Shown: positions 26,040 to 36,605, counted from the stretch's first letter. The stretch: 64,000 bases of DNA from Candidatus Latescibacterota bacterium (GCA_965203355.1 OZ241889.1:320001-384000), one strand, 5' to 3'. Numbers and translations: made by a program. The notes: generated from the letters alone by a model not told the origin.

Positions 26040-27587
26040 ATGAACAGACGCAAACTGCCCATCGGCATTCAGACCTTCCGCAAAATTCGCGAAGAAGACT
26101 ACTACTACGTCGATAAAACCGCCTACGTCCGCCGACTGCTCAACGAGGGTACGCACTATTTCCTGTCGCGTCCCCGGCGCTTTGGCAAGAGTCTATTCTT
26201 GGACACGCTCAAGGAGGTGTTCGAGGGCAACGAGCCGCTGTTTGAAGGGCTTTACATCCGCGACCACTGGGATTGGTCGGTGCGCTATCCGGTCCTGCGG
26301 CTCGACTTCAGCAGCGGCAACTACCAAGGGCCGGACGACTTGCGGAAGGAAGTTGCGGCGCAATTAAACGTCTTGGAGAACGAAGCGGAAGTCGTCCCGC
26401 ACGACGACGAAGCACCCGCCCGCTTCCGCTACTTGATGCAGGTGCTGCACGAGCGCAGCGGTCAGCGCGTTGCGGTGCTGATCGACGAATACGACAAGCC
26501 GATACTGGATGCGCTAGAGGCGCCGGAAATAGCCCGCGCCAACCGCGACTTTCTGCGCGGCCTGTATTCGACCGTGAAGTTTGCCGACGCGCATATCCAC
26601 TTCACGTTCATTACCGGAGTCAGCAAATTTTCCAAGGTCAGTTTGTTTTCTGGCCTCAATAACCTGAAGGACATCACGCTAGACCCTCGCTACTCAGCCC
26701 TCGGCGGCTATACCGACGCGGACTTGGATACCGTGTTCGCACCGGAGCTGCCCGGCTTGGACCGGAATCAAATCCGCGACTGGTACAACGGCTACCGTTG
26801 GCGGGGCCACGAGAAGGTGTACAATCCCTTTGACATCCTGCTGCTGTTCGACAGCCGCGAGTTCAGGGCTTATTGGTTTGAGACCGGTACGCCGACGTTC
26901 TTGGTCGAGACGCTATTCGAGCGCCGCGTCAGTTCCCTCGCCCTCGGCGAGATGGTTGGGAGCGATGAATTGCTCTCAACCTTTGACGTCGATTACATCG
27001 CAACCGAAGCGCTCCTGTTCCAGACTGGCTACCTGACGATAACCGACGAGGAAGATGTCGGCGGCGAGCTTGTTTATCGCTTGGGCTACCCCAACCGGGA
27101 GGTGCGGCAAAGCCTGAACCGCAGCTTGCTGCGCTACCTCGTGCGCGATGCCACGCAGCAGATGGCCAACAGCGTCCGGCTGTATCGGCTGCTAGAAGCC
27201 AACGACTTCGCCGGGCTGGAGACGCTGTTCCACGCGTTCTTTGCCAGCATTCCCTACGAGTGGTACACCAACAACGACATCGCCCGTTACGAGGGCTACT
27301 ACGCCAGCGTGTTCTACTCCTATTTCGCGGGGTTGGGACTGAATATCGCGGTGGAAGATAGCAGCAGCCACGGCCGACTGGACATGGCCGTTTTGTTCAA
27401 CAACCACGTCTATCTGTTTGAGTTCAAGGTGGTCGAAATGGCGTCGGCGGGTGCGGCGATGGCGCAGTTGCAGGAGCGGCGCTACGCGGATAAGTATCGC
27501 GCCTTGGAGCAGCCGATCTACCTGATCGCCGTCGAGTTCAGCAAGGACGAGCGCAACCTAGCGGCGTTTGCCGTGGAACGCGCCTAA
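26040..27587 (+). CDS. AAA-ATPase-like protein with C-terminal PD-(D/E)XK nuclease (DUF1703 type)
   Basis: KLPIGIQTF, YYVDKT, SRPRRFGKS, LIDEYDKP, YPNREV, GRLD...FEFK. Confidence 0.92.
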   Translation: MNRRKLPIGIQTFRKIREEDYYYVDKTAYVRRLLNEGTHYFLSRPRRFGKSLFLDTLKEVFEGNEPLFEGLYIRDHWDWSVRYPVLRLDFSSGNYQGPDDLRKEVAAQLNVLENEAEVVPHDDEAPARFRYLMQVLHERSGQRVAVLIDEYDKPILDALEAPEIARANRDFLRGLYSTVKFADAHIHFTFITGVSKFSKVSLFSGLNNLKDITLDPRYSALGGYTDADLDTVFAPELPGLDRNQIRDWYNGYRWRGHEKVYNPFDILLLFDSREFRAYWFETGTPTFLVETLFERRVSSLALGEMVGSDELLSTFDVDYIATEALLFQTGYLTITDEEDVGGELVYRLGYPNREVRQSLNRSLLRYLVRDATQQMANSVRLYRLLEANDFAGLETLFHAFFASIPYEWYTNNDIARYEGYYASVFYSYFAGLGLNIAVEDSSSHGRLDMAVLFNNHVYLFEFKVVEMASAGAAMAQLQERRYADKYRALEQPIYLIAVEFSKDERNLAAFAVERA

Positions 27588-27681
27588 CGGAGATCCAACC
27601 GTCGTTTTTGTGCCAACCCCCGGAATTGCACACTCAAAGCCGCCGCGCCAACAAGCCCGCATTGTCTCAAGCGATACGCAA

Positions 27682-28836
27682 TTACCCCGCGCGCTCGTCC
27701 CCGACAAAATCTAGGTTAGCCACCCCAACGCCCCGCTGGTATGCATACGCCTCGTCTACCGGCGCAATGATCCAAGCATTTTCCGGTTGCAAATCGCCGA
27801 CCAACTCAAAGAATCCCCGCGACGGCTTAGGGGCCTTTGAGAACTTACATTCAAAAACCACCGCCCGGCCCCCGCGCTCCATGACCAAGTCGATCTCCGC
27901 TCCGTTGCCCGTGCGAATAAACGATGGTCGCCAGCGAGGCCACGCAGCAATCAGATGCTCCAGCACCAAACCCTCCCATGAGGCACCGACTATCGGGTGG
28001 CCGAGCAATTGGTCGTACCTTTCGATTTCGAGCAGCGCATGCAAGATACCGCTGTCCCTTACATACACTTTGGCAGAGCGGACCAAGCGTTTCTTTAGAT
28101 TCGCCTCGTAGGGAGGCAATAGGCGAATCATGTACGTTTGCTCGAGAATGGCTAGATACTTCTTTAGAGTCGGCACTGATACATCAACCACTCCAGCCAG
28201 TTTGCTATAGTTGATCGTCTGGCCGTGGCAATGCGCCAACATCTGCCATAGCCGCTGCACCACGGGCACTGGGAGGTTCAGGCCGAGCGCGGGAATATCT
28301 CGCTCTAAAAAGGTCTGAATAAAATCCAGCCGCCAAGCGAAGCTGTCCTCTGCATCCCCAGCGAGCAGGCTATCGGGAAACCCTCCGCGGACCCACAACG
28401 TCTGCCAATCGGCAACGCGCCTTGTCTCCGACCGCAAAAATGGCGTCAACCGCAAATAGGCGATGCGACCGGCCAGCGATTCGCTCGACTGCTGGATCAA
28501 CGCCCGTGATGCCGACCCGAGCATCAAAAATCGCCCCGGACGCCGGTCGCGATCAATTTCCGAGCGCAACACGGCAAAGAATTCCGGCAGGCGCTGAATC
28601 TCATCCAGACACACTAGTTCCTGGCGATGTTGTTCGAGAAAGAGTTCGGGTTCGGCGAGTCTGTTGCGATCAATGCGGCTCTGTAAATCCAAATAGGCCG
28701 CTGGCTGGCCTTTTAGATATTGACGGGCCAGTGTTGATTTACCGCATTGACGAGGACCAAGGACGGCAACGGCGGGGGAACGTCCTAAGGCTCGTCTTAA
28801 CTCAGATTCGGCCTTTCTCGGCAAATATCCATGCAA
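27682..28836 (-). CDS. ATP-binding protein (AAA_14 + DUF4143)
   Basis: GPRQCGKST, LDEIQ, LGSAS, ESLAGR, RGGFP, K.Y.RDSG, EIDLV...ECK. Confidence 0.92.
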   Translation of the reverse strand: MHGYLPRKAESELRRALGRSPAVAVLGPRQCGKSTLARQYLKGQPAAYLDLQSRIDRNRLAEPELFLEQHRQELVCLDEIQRLPEFFAVLRSEIDRDRRPGRFLMLGSASRALIQQSSESLAGRIAYLRLTPFLRSETRRVADWQTLWVRGGFPDSLLAGDAEDSFAWRLDFIQTFLERDIPALGLNLPVPVVQRLWQMLAHCHGQTINYSKLAGVVDVSVPTLKKYLAILEQTYMIRLLPPYEANLKKRLVRSAKVYVRDSGILHALLEIERYDQLLGHPIVGASWEGLVLEHLIAAWPRWRPSFIRTGNGAEIDLVMERGGRAVVFECKFSKAPKPSRGFFELVGDLQPENAWIIAPVDEAYAYQRGVGVANLDFVGDERAG

Positions 28837-28974
28837 TTTATTAACTTTCTTTATGGTTTTACATGGATAATAGCCAAGTTAAGACAAACCTTCAAATAGA
28901 ATCGTTGCAAATTCTCCTTGTCGCTATACTCCTTATATATTTATCTGCGTCTTTTTAATCGGAAATCAAGCGAA

Positions 28975-29056
28975 GGTAATGGTAGCTTTACTACCGGCCC
29001 CGCGCCCGACCGAGAACGCACCGCGACAATTGGAGATTGCAAAATGTACCATTACC
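28975..29056. mobile_element. 82-bp MITE with IS1-like ends
   Basis: Ends ggtaatggta...taccattacc; 8-bp target duplication caagcgaa (28967-28974 and 29057-29064); a related copy lies at 60302-60391. Confidence 0.85.
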
Positions 29057-29123
29057 CAAGCGAAGGGGCGCGCCTCTTGTTGATAGTCCAGGCACGCAAC
29101 GGCGGCAAACGGTTCGGCCGACC

Positions 29124-30527
29124 GTGACTCCGCCTCTATCCCACCGCACCAAACTCGGCTACGGGGCCGCCGATTGGGGCTTGGCCGCCGTGGAGTCGAT
29201 GGTGCAGATCTATCTGTTCAAGTTCTACAACATTGTCGTCGGCCTACCCGCGCTCTACACCGGCCTAGCGTTGGCCTTGGCCATTGTTTGGGACGCGATC
29301 ACGGATCCCCTCATGGGCGGCCTCTCCGACCGCTCCCGCTGGTCCGGCGGGCGACGACGGCCCTACTTGCTGCCCGGGGCCGGGCTGTTGGCCGTTTCCT
29401 TCATCTGGATTTTCAACCCTCCGCCCCTCGACAGCAACGCCGCCCGCTTCGCCTTTTTGCTGATCTCGTTCATCCTGCTCAATACCGCTATGACCGTGGT
29501 CGGCGTACCGCATTCGGCCCTGGGCAGCGAATTGAGCTTTGACCGCGACCAGCGCACCCAACTTTTCGCCTACAAACGGCTTTTCGGCACCGTGGGTGCG
29601 CTAGTCGGCTTGTGGCTACCTGGCCTCATCTTGGCCCAACTGGACGGCCAAGCCGACCCGACCGGTGCCCAAGCACGCGGCTTGGCCAGTTGGTGGCTGG
29701 CCACCCCCATCGTGCTATGTGCTTGGGTCACTTTGCGGGCCACTCGTGGCCTCGACCGGCCCACCGACCACGCCCAACCCCAAAAACCGCTCCATCTCTG
29801 GCGTCTATTGGCCGACCAGCGAAGCACGTGGGCCAATCCCTTTTTCCGCGTCCTGTTGCTGGCCTTTCTAGTCGCCACAATCGGCCGCACGCTCAACGCC
29901 TCCACCGCGCTCTACTACTACGAATATCGCTTGCAGCTAACCGAGCAAGAGACCATCGGCTGGATCTTATTGCCCTTTTTCTTCAGCTTCCTCGCCTCTT
30001 TGCCGGGCTGGATCTGGGCTGCTCGCCGCTGGGGCAAAAAAACAGCCGGGGTCATCGGCGTCTGCGGCTTGGGGGTCTCCACCGCCGTGGCCTATCCGCT
30101 CTTTCCCATTGGCGAATTGACCGCGCCCCTGCTCTACGCTCTAGCGGGCGGGGCCTTGGCCGGGGCCGTCATCTTGCTCGACGCTTTGGTCGCCGATACC
30201 ATTGACTACGACAAACTCAAGACGGGCCTCGACCGCGAGGGACTCTACTTTGGCGTCTGGCGCATGGGCACCAAGCTAGCCCGCGCCTTGGGGCTGGGAT
30301 TCAACGGCATCGCGCTGTGGCTGATCGGCTTTTCCGCCGCGTCAGCAGCACAGACCCCCGAGATAGGTTGGCGCTTAGCGTTGCTCTTTGGACCAGCGGT
30401 GGGTATCCTGTTCGTTGGTGCTGGACTCATCCTGTGGCACGTGCCTTTGACCGACGAGCGGCACCAGCGCATTCAGCACCTATTGCGCCGCCGCCGTCAA
30501 AGGCTGCACATTTCACAAGGGGATTAA
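29124..30527 (+). CDS. MFS transporter, GPH/MelB family
   Basis: WDAITDPLMGGLSDR...GRRRPYL, ADTIDYD.LKTG..REGLYFG. Confidence 0.92.
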   Translation: MTPPLSHRTKLGYGAADWGLAAVESMVQIYLFKFYNIVVGLPALYTGLALALAIVWDAITDPLMGGLSDRSRWSGGRRRPYLLPGAGLLAVSFIWIFNPPPLDSNAARFAFLLISFILLNTAMTVVGVPHSALGSELSFDRDQRTQLFAYKRLFGTVGALVGLWLPGLILAQLDGQADPTGAQARGLASWWLATPIVLCAWVTLRATRGLDRPTDHAQPQKPLHLWRLLADQRSTWANPFFRVLLLAFLVATIGRTLNASTALYYYEYRLQLTEQETIGWILLPFFFSFLASLPGWIWAARRWGKKTAGVIGVCGLGVSTAVAYPLFPIGELTAPLLYALAGGALAGAVILLDALVADTIDYDKLKTGLDREGLYFGVWRMGTKLARALGLGFNGIALWLIGFSAASAAQTPEIGWRLALLFGPAVGILFVGAGLILWHVPLTDERHQRIQHLLRRRRQRLHISQGD

Positions 30528-30618
30528 GGGACAATCGCTGTCGCGGTTGCGCGGGGACTAAAGTTCAGATTTGTATGTCGCGTACCGAGCAATCGCCCGG
30601 CGACAAAAAGGTACCGCC

Positions 30619-32037
30619 ATGAAAATCCATCCCTTCAGCGCTAGAGACCTTTCGCGCTGCATCTTAGCCACCCTCGTCACCAGCCTAGCCGCCATGCCCC
30701 ACGCCCAAGCCGATTCCGACCGCATCCAGCCCTACGCCGCTAATCCGCGCTATTGGCAGTACAAAGGCCAGCCCGTGCTCCTACTCGGCGGCACGATCAA
30801 GGACTGTCTCTTCCAGATACCCGATCTCAAAGCCCATCTCGACCTGCTGCAATCGGTCGGCGGCAACTACGTGCGCAATACCATGAGCGACCGCCGCTCC
30901 TACGGCTATGAGATCAAAGCGTTCCACCAAGCGGCCGACGGCCTGTACAACCTCAACCGCTGGAACCCGGCTTATTGGCAGCGCTTTGCCGATCTTTTGC
31001 GCTGGACCGCCGAGCGCGACATCATCGTCCAGATAGAAATGTGGGATCGCTTTGACCACAGCCGACAACCCTGGCAAGAAAGCCCTTTCAACCCGGCCAA
31101 CAACATCAACTACACCGTCGAGGAGTCGGGCCTCGCAACGGACTATCCCGCTCACCCGGGCGGCAACGAGCAGCCCTTTTTCTACACCGTCCCCACCTCG
31201 CGCAACAACCCAGTCGTGCTGCCCTACCAACAAGCCTTCGTCGATCAAGTCCTCGAGCATTCCCTCGCCTACGACCACGTGCTCTACTGCATGGACAACG
31301 AAACCAGCGGCGATCCAGCGTGGGGGGCCTATTGGAACGGCTACATCAAGGAACGGGCGCAGCGAGCGGGCAAGACCGTTGAAACCACTGAAATGTGGGA
31401 CGAGTGGGACGTGCGCGGGCCGACGCATCGCGCCACCTTCGACCACCCAGCGCAGTACTCTTTCATTGACATTTCGCAGAATAGCTGGCAGCGCGAACAG
31501 ACCAACTGGGATCACGCCCAGTGGGTGTGGCAATACATCGTCGCGCAGCCTCGGCCAATCAATTCGACCAAGATCTACGGTGCCCAGACGCATAAAAGCG
31601 GCATTGACGACCGCCACGCCACCGAATGCTTTTGGCGCAACCTCATCGGCGGCTTTGCCTCCAGCCGCTTTCACCGACCGCCCTCTGGCCTAGGACTAAG
31701 CCCCCAAGCCCAAGCCCACATCCGCAGCGCGCGCATGCTGGCCGAGCGCTTTGGCTTTTTCAACGCCGAGCCGGATTCCGACAGCACCTTGCTGCGCGAT
31801 CGCGCCGCCAACGAAGCCTATCTCAGCCGCGTCCCCAGCCGCCAGTACGCGCTTTACTTTACCGATGGCGGTGCCGTAGGTCTCGACCTGAGCAGAGCAG
31901 CAGGCACCTTCCAAGTCCAATGGCTCGGCCTTGCCACCAGCACTTGGACATCTGCCGCCGACTTGGATGGCGACGCCGTAGTGCAACTAGCTCCGCCCGA
32001 AGGCGGTCCTTGGGTCGCCTTGCTGACGCGGTACTAG
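30619..32037 (+). CDS. Secreted putative glycoside-hydrolase-like TIM-barrel protein with C-terminal collagen-binding-like domain
   Basis: Signal peptide; NPRYWQYKGQPVLLLGG, MDNET; C-terminal beta domain ending W.ALL. Confidence 0.65.
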   Translation: MKIHPFSARDLSRCILATLVTSLAAMPHAQADSDRIQPYAANPRYWQYKGQPVLLLGGTIKDCLFQIPDLKAHLDLLQSVGGNYVRNTMSDRRSYGYEIKAFHQAADGLYNLNRWNPAYWQRFADLLRWTAERDIIVQIEMWDRFDHSRQPWQESPFNPANNINYTVEESGLATDYPAHPGGNEQPFFYTVPTSRNNPVVLPYQQAFVDQVLEHSLAYDHVLYCMDNETSGDPAWGAYWNGYIKERAQRAGKTVETTEMWDEWDVRGPTHRATFDHPAQYSFIDISQNSWQREQTNWDHAQWVWQYIVAQPRPINSTKIYGAQTHKSGIDDRHATECFWRNLIGGFASSRFHRPPSGLGLSPQAQAHIRSARMLAERFGFFNAEPDSDSTLLRDRAANEAYLSRVPSRQYALYFTDGGAVGLDLSRAAGTFQVQWLGLATSTWTSAADLDGDAVVQLAPPEGGPWVALLTRY

Positions 32038-32050
32038 CGGGCGAGCAACA

Positions 32051-32989
32051 ATGGACCTCAGCGACCGCGTCTTCTTCGGCCAGACCGATCTTCAGGTCTC
32101 GCGCCTGTGTCAAGGAACCGCCTTCCGCCACCTGCCCCGCGCCGACAGCCCCCAGTCCTTAGCCGTACTCCACCACTGCTTGGACCAAGGCGTCAACTTC
32201 TTCGACACCGCGCAGGCCTACGGCTGGGGCGGGGCCGAGGAGGTGCTGGGGCGGGCGATCGCGGGTCGCCGCGACCAGGTCGTCATCTGCACCAAGGTTC
32301 CCGCGTCGCTGGCCCCTACAAGCGACGGCGATCCCGGAGCGCGCGTCCGCTATACTCGCGCCCATCTCACCCACCGCCTCGAAGAAAGTCTCGGCCGCCT
32401 GCGCACCGACCGCGTCGACCTCTACCTTTTACACCACCGCGACGAAAACACGCCGCTGGAGGCCATCGCCGAGGTCATGGAGGACTTGGTAAAGGCGGGC
32501 AAAACTCGCTACTGGGGCGTCTCCAACCATGGCACCGCCGAGGTCGAAGCCTTTCTCGACCTCGCCCCCATGGCTGGAGTCGAGGACTACTACAATATCG
32601 CCGGCAGCCACTGCGACGAAGCGGGACGCTCGCGGGTGGAAATCTACGAAGAAGAGATGCTGCCCCTGCTGCGGCGCACTAACCTAGGCTGCCTAGCCTT
32701 CAGCCCGATGGACACCGGCCTGCTAGCTCGTCCCAACGATCCCGCCCTCGCCGCGTTAGTCGCCGCCCTCGACCAAGTCGCCGCTGACTTGGGCACCTCC
32801 CGCGCCGCCGTCTGCGTCGCCTGGGTTCTGCATCAGGGCATTACCTGCGTACTCGCTGGCGCCGAAAGCACCGCGCATGTCAATGCCAATCTCCAAGGCA
32901 CCGGCCTCCAACTTCCCGCGGACGCCCTCGCCGCCCTCGACCAAGCGCGTCGTACCTACCGCGCCAGCCAACAGGAGCAACGCCCGTGA
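32051..32989 (+). CDS. Aldo/keto reductase
   Basis: G.T.L.VSRL..GT, GVNFFDTAQAYG, SL.RL.TD.VDLY.LH, G.SN. Confidence 0.92.
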   Translation: MDLSDRVFFGQTDLQVSRLCQGTAFRHLPRADSPQSLAVLHHCLDQGVNFFDTAQAYGWGGAEEVLGRAIAGRRDQVVICTKVPASLAPTSDGDPGARVRYTRAHLTHRLEESLGRLRTDRVDLYLLHHRDENTPLEAIAEVMEDLVKAGKTRYWGVSNHGTAEVEAFLDLAPMAGVEDYYNIAGSHCDEAGRSRVEIYEEEMLPLLRRTNLGCLAFSPMDTGLLARPNDPALAALVAALDQVAADLGTSRAAVCVAWVLHQGITCVLAGAESTAHVNANLQGTGLQLPADALAALDQARRTYRASQQEQRP

Positions 32990-33867
32990 ACATCGTCGAT
33001 GCCCATGTCCACGTCTGGTCCTCCGACTTCAATCGGTATCCGCTGGCCCCCGGCTTTGCGCCCGGCGATCTGTGGCTACCCTCTTTTACGCCTGACGACC
33101 ACTTTGCCTACAGCCGCCGGGTCGGCAAGGTCCGCCTCAACCTAGTGCAAATGACCTGGTACGGCCTCGACCACCGCTACATCCTCGACCTCATCGCCTC
33201 TGACCCCGAGACCTACACAGGCACCGGCATCGTCCCCGGAGTCTCCGACGTATCGCTGGCCGATCCGGGCAAGACCATGCTCGCCTTGGCCGAGGGCGGC
33301 ATTCGCGCCTTCCGCGTACGCGGCGGCAAGACCGGGCGTCCGACCGCGTTTGGCCGCTCGGACCGCTGGCTCGACTATCCCGGCTACGAATCCATGTTCC
33401 GCGCCGGGGCCGAGCACAACCTAGCCCTCAGCTTCCTCATGGGACTTGCAGACCTGCCCGGCTTGGTCCGTCTCTGCCGCCGCTTTCCCGCAACCCCGGT
33501 GATCCTCGACCATGTCTGCGGAGTGCGCATCCGCGACGGCGTCTGGCCCGCAAGCGATATCCGCACCCTCTGCACCATGGCCCGCTACCCGCGCGTCATG
33601 GTCAAGCTCGGCCCGTTCCAAGCCCTCGGCAACGGCGAGGCCCCGCACCTCGACCTCTTGCCCCTCATCGAGCGCATCGTCGATGCCTTTGGCCCCGAAC
33701 GCATCATGTGGGAGAGCGACAGCGGTGGCCCCATCCGCATGAAAAATCCCGTCGATGACTTTGCCGCGGCAATCGCTCTAATCCGCGACCACGCTGATTT
33801 CCTCAGCCAGCGCGACAAGGAATACATCTTAGGCAAGACAGCCGAGGACTTCTTCTTTAACCGCTAG
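32986..33867 (+). CDS. Amidohydrolase family protein (Amidohydro_2)
   Basis: IVDAHVHVW, VILDH, FGPER.MWESD. Confidence 0.88.
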   Translation: MNIVDAHVHVWSSDFNRYPLAPGFAPGDLWLPSFTPDDHFAYSRRVGKVRLNLVQMTWYGLDHRYILDLIASDPETYTGTGIVPGVSDVSLADPGKTMLALAEGGIRAFRVRGGKTGRPTAFGRSDRWLDYPGYESMFRAGAEHNLALSFLMGLADLPGLVRLCRRFPATPVILDHVCGVRIRDGVWPASDIRTLCTMARYPRVMVKLGPFQALGNGEAPHLDLLPLIERIVDAFGPERIMWESDSGGPIRMKNPVDDFAAAIALIRDHADFLSQRDKEYILGKTAEDFFFNR

Positions 33868-33945
33868 CGATCAGCCGCGTTCCGCTTGATGCGCCCTCCC
33901 CCATTCCGTACACTCCCGCGCAACCTTCCCAAAGGAGTCTCCATC

Positions 33946-34752
33946 GTGAAAATCGGCCTCTACGCCTCCATGTTCGGCAAAGACGATCCACCCACGCTGC
34001 AAAGCATCGAAAGCTACATCGACCACGCCTACGACCTCCGTCTCGACTTAATCGACTTCCGCCGCGACCGCGGCTTTAGCTCCGAAAACGCCGACTACCT
34101 CATCAAGACCAAACTCTCCTGCATCGAAAAAGGACTTTCCATCGGCTACTTAGCTTCCGGTGGACACTTCGTCGGCAGCGACGAAGTGCTGCGTGCCAAG
34201 GTCGCCACTGCCAAGGCCGACATGGCCATCGCGCTGATGTTGGGCGCGCCCATGATCCGCCTGTTCTGCGGCCAGCCCCTCACCGACCCAACGGAGCGCG
34301 CCCGCGAAATCCTCTGTTTCCAAGAAGTCGCCGACTACGGCCTCGAAATAGGCATCGCCATCGGCCTGCAAAACCACCCCTCCACCGGCGACGATATCCG
34401 GCGCATCATCGAGGAGACCGCCCGCCCCAACTTTAGCTTCCTGCTCGACACCGGCCAGTGGTGCGGTTCGCCAGCCCGCAACCGAGGCATTCCCGACCCA
34501 GACCACGACATCTACGCCTACATGCGGCAGACCGCCCATCTGGCCACCCACGTCCGCGCCAAGTTCTACAAGATCGACAGCGGCAAGGAAGCGTGGATCG
34601 ACTACGAGCGCATCGTCCCGATCCTCGCCGAGGCCGGATACAACGGGCCGCTCTCCGTCGTCTTTGAGGGCCAAGACATCAACGATTGCAACGACAAGGA
34701 AGTCATCCGCTTGGCGGCTGCACAACTGCGGGATTTGGCCGCCCGGCTCTAA
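33946..34752 (+). CDS. Sugar-phosphate isomerase/epimerase (xylose-isomerase-like TIM barrel)
   Basis: AAGGAG RBS; IRLF, GLQNH, LLDTG, HV.AK, GY.G.LSV.FE. Confidence 0.85.
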   Translation: MKIGLYASMFGKDDPPTLQSIESYIDHAYDLRLDLIDFRRDRGFSSENADYLIKTKLSCIEKGLSIGYLASGGHFVGSDEVLRAKVATAKADMAIALMLGAPMIRLFCGQPLTDPTERAREILCFQEVADYGLEIGIAIGLQNHPSTGDDIRRIIEETARPNFSFLLDTGQWCGSPARNRGIPDPDHDIYAYMRQTAHLATHVRAKFYKIDSGKEAWIDYERIVPILAEAGYNGPLSVVFEGQDINDCNDKEVIRLAAAQLRDLAARL

Positions 34753-34999
34753 CGGGGATGGTTTCGGATCAGAAAGCGTCGTTCAGCGCGACGCTGGGCT
34801 TACCCGTCCGCACTCCCGCTTGCAGGAGCCGTCCCACTCCTTGCCTTAAGACCGGGAGCGGCCTACTCTTCTTGGGTATCGGCCAAAGGTCGACCCGATG
34901 TTTTCTTTGTTGGAACCGCCCCCGTTCTACTGCAAATCCGTCCAATAATTCTTCCTAAGCAGGGTACGCGGCCGCAACGCCCATCTTTCACGCGGAGAA

Positions 35000-35292
35000 A
35001 TCTCATGCAGATAGACGCCTTCTCAGGGAAAAGGCCACCCAAGAAGACGTACCGTGCAAACGGCTTCCGGCCTCATCTGCAAAGAACTGAAGGCTGGCCC
35101 CGGGGTCTCGCCCAAAACCACCGACCGGGTCAAAGTCCACTACCACGGCTCGCTGATTGACGGCACCGTCTTCGACAACTCGGTAGAGCACGGCGAGCCT
35201 AGCACCTTCACCCGCGACCAAGTGATCAAAGGCTGAACTGAGGAACTGCAAATGATGAAAGTGGGCGGCCAAAATGGAAACTACATGTTGCC
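35000..35292 (+). pseudogene. FKBP-type peptidyl-prolyl isomerase remnant
   Basis: TASGL...DRVKVHYHGSLIDGTVFDNS...DQVIKG*TEELQMMKVGG; conserved Trp codon is TGA; 5' part degraded and 3' end lost. Confidence 0.85.
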
Positions 35293-35919
35293 CGACTGTT
35301 GGTGTCGTGTAGTTAGGGCTGAGGTCCGTTCCCAAACTTGTGCAGCTAATGGCACGAGATTGCTTCCAGGGGCATCAAGGGCAATTCCCTGCGACAGAGA
35401 CCGGATACTAAGATAGATTGTCTGGCGACCTCGATGGTATAGACGCTGAAACAACAATAAGCATAGTTTACACACTACATACAGCATTAGAATCGGAGCA
35501 CCTGTTGCGATGTGCCAGAATACCGATAGCATCATACGTTGATGAATATCCTTAACGAACCCCTTATATTCTTCGTTTTGCAAGGTCGCCAATTGCTCGT
35601 CCAAACCATCGGAAAAAGGTCGCTTTTCTCGCGGGTATTTCTTTAACCCCCAATAGGCTGCCAGCACTCCCCAAATACTCACCCGGTGCCCATGACGCAA
35701 TAATCCATTGAGAATTTGTCGCATCATCACATATGAGGGAGTATCTAAGGGAACGCCTATACTGTAGGTCTTTATGAAAAGCGAATCTCGCAACACAAAA
35801 AGCTTGTGGCGTAGTAGATCAATCCGAAATTTTCGGTATCCCCAAAAGTAGACTATCCATCCAATCAATACATAAATCACCAGCCTGATACCGGCGATCG
35901 CTTCCATTTCGGTTGTCAT
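35281..35919 (-). CDS. Hypothetical membrane protein
   Basis: AT-rich; 2-3 TM segments; ATGA-coupled to the upstream gene. Confidence 0.7.
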   Translation of the reverse strand: MTTEMEAIAGIRLVIYVLIGWIVYFWGYRKFRIDLLRHKLFVLRDSLFIKTYSIGVPLDTPSYVMMRQILNGLLRHGHRVSIWGVLAAYWGLKKYPREKRPFSDGLDEQLATLQNEEYKGFVKDIHQRMMLSVFWHIATGAPILMLYVVCKLCLLLFQRLYHRGRQTIYLSIRSLSQGIALDAPGSNLVPLAAQVWERTSALTTRHQQSGNM

Positions 35920-36332
35920 GGCTCGTCCTCCGGGTGTGTGTCGCCTGCTTCCGTCAGGTCACTAGATGTGCGGTTAGGATCTATGTGCTTTTCAAGTTTC
36001 TTTATATATGTTTCTATATCCTGTGTCTTCTTTTTTCGTAGTTTGCGCTCTCTTATGGCCCAAAAAGTTGTACCGCCTGTGATCAAGTATAAAACGCCCC
36101 TGTCAAGTTCCAAGTCGGTAATAGCTTTGAGAACAATATCTGCATCAGTAGTTTTGCCGGCTAGGCTATCTACTATCAAATATAAGAAATAGAAACATGC
36201 AACTATACCTCCCCACCGTATCAGTCCATTAAAAATCCCCCCAATAGTGTCCCACTTTTTTCCATACTTGGCCCATTCAAGTCGAGACCTTTCTGAAATA
36301 CCTTCACCTTTGCGCCGCCGTCCTTTCGCCAT
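35916..36332 (-). CDS. Hypothetical two-TM protein
   Basis: AGGAG RBS; two TM segments; C-terminal LEK.IDPNRTSS.LT..G.T.PED. Confidence 0.7.
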   Translation of the reverse strand: MAKGRRRKGEGISERSRLEWAKYGKKWDTIGGIFNGLIRWGGIVACFYFLYLIVDSLAGKTTDADIVLKAITDLELDRGVLYLITGGTTFWAIRERKLRKKKTQDIETYIKKLEKHIDPNRTSSDLTEAGDTHPEDEP

Positions 36333-36605
36333 ATCTGCTCCTAAATTAAATATACAATACAGACATGTTATTAATACGTAATATGTTGAACCCTATCAAC
36401 TCTAGGACGCTGCCTTGCAGGTACTCAAGCTCCCGACCAATCCCTCGTGGGCGTAGTGCCAAGCCTCCAAGTGACTGAGGGGGGCACTGCATTTCGGCCT
36501 GTTTGGCGGCAATTCCTCGTCGAGCTGCCCGGCTTGGTGCAGGAGACTTTTCCACCACAGACGCGGTAACTGGACCACGCCTAGCGGCCCTTGCCAGTGC
36601 TCCTT

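Noticed and set aside
35234-35236. TGA=Trp recoding, suggested by TGA at the conserved FKBP Trp
   Set aside because: Many intact genes here end in TGA and use TGG for Trp, and the FKBP gene is degraded elsewhere too.
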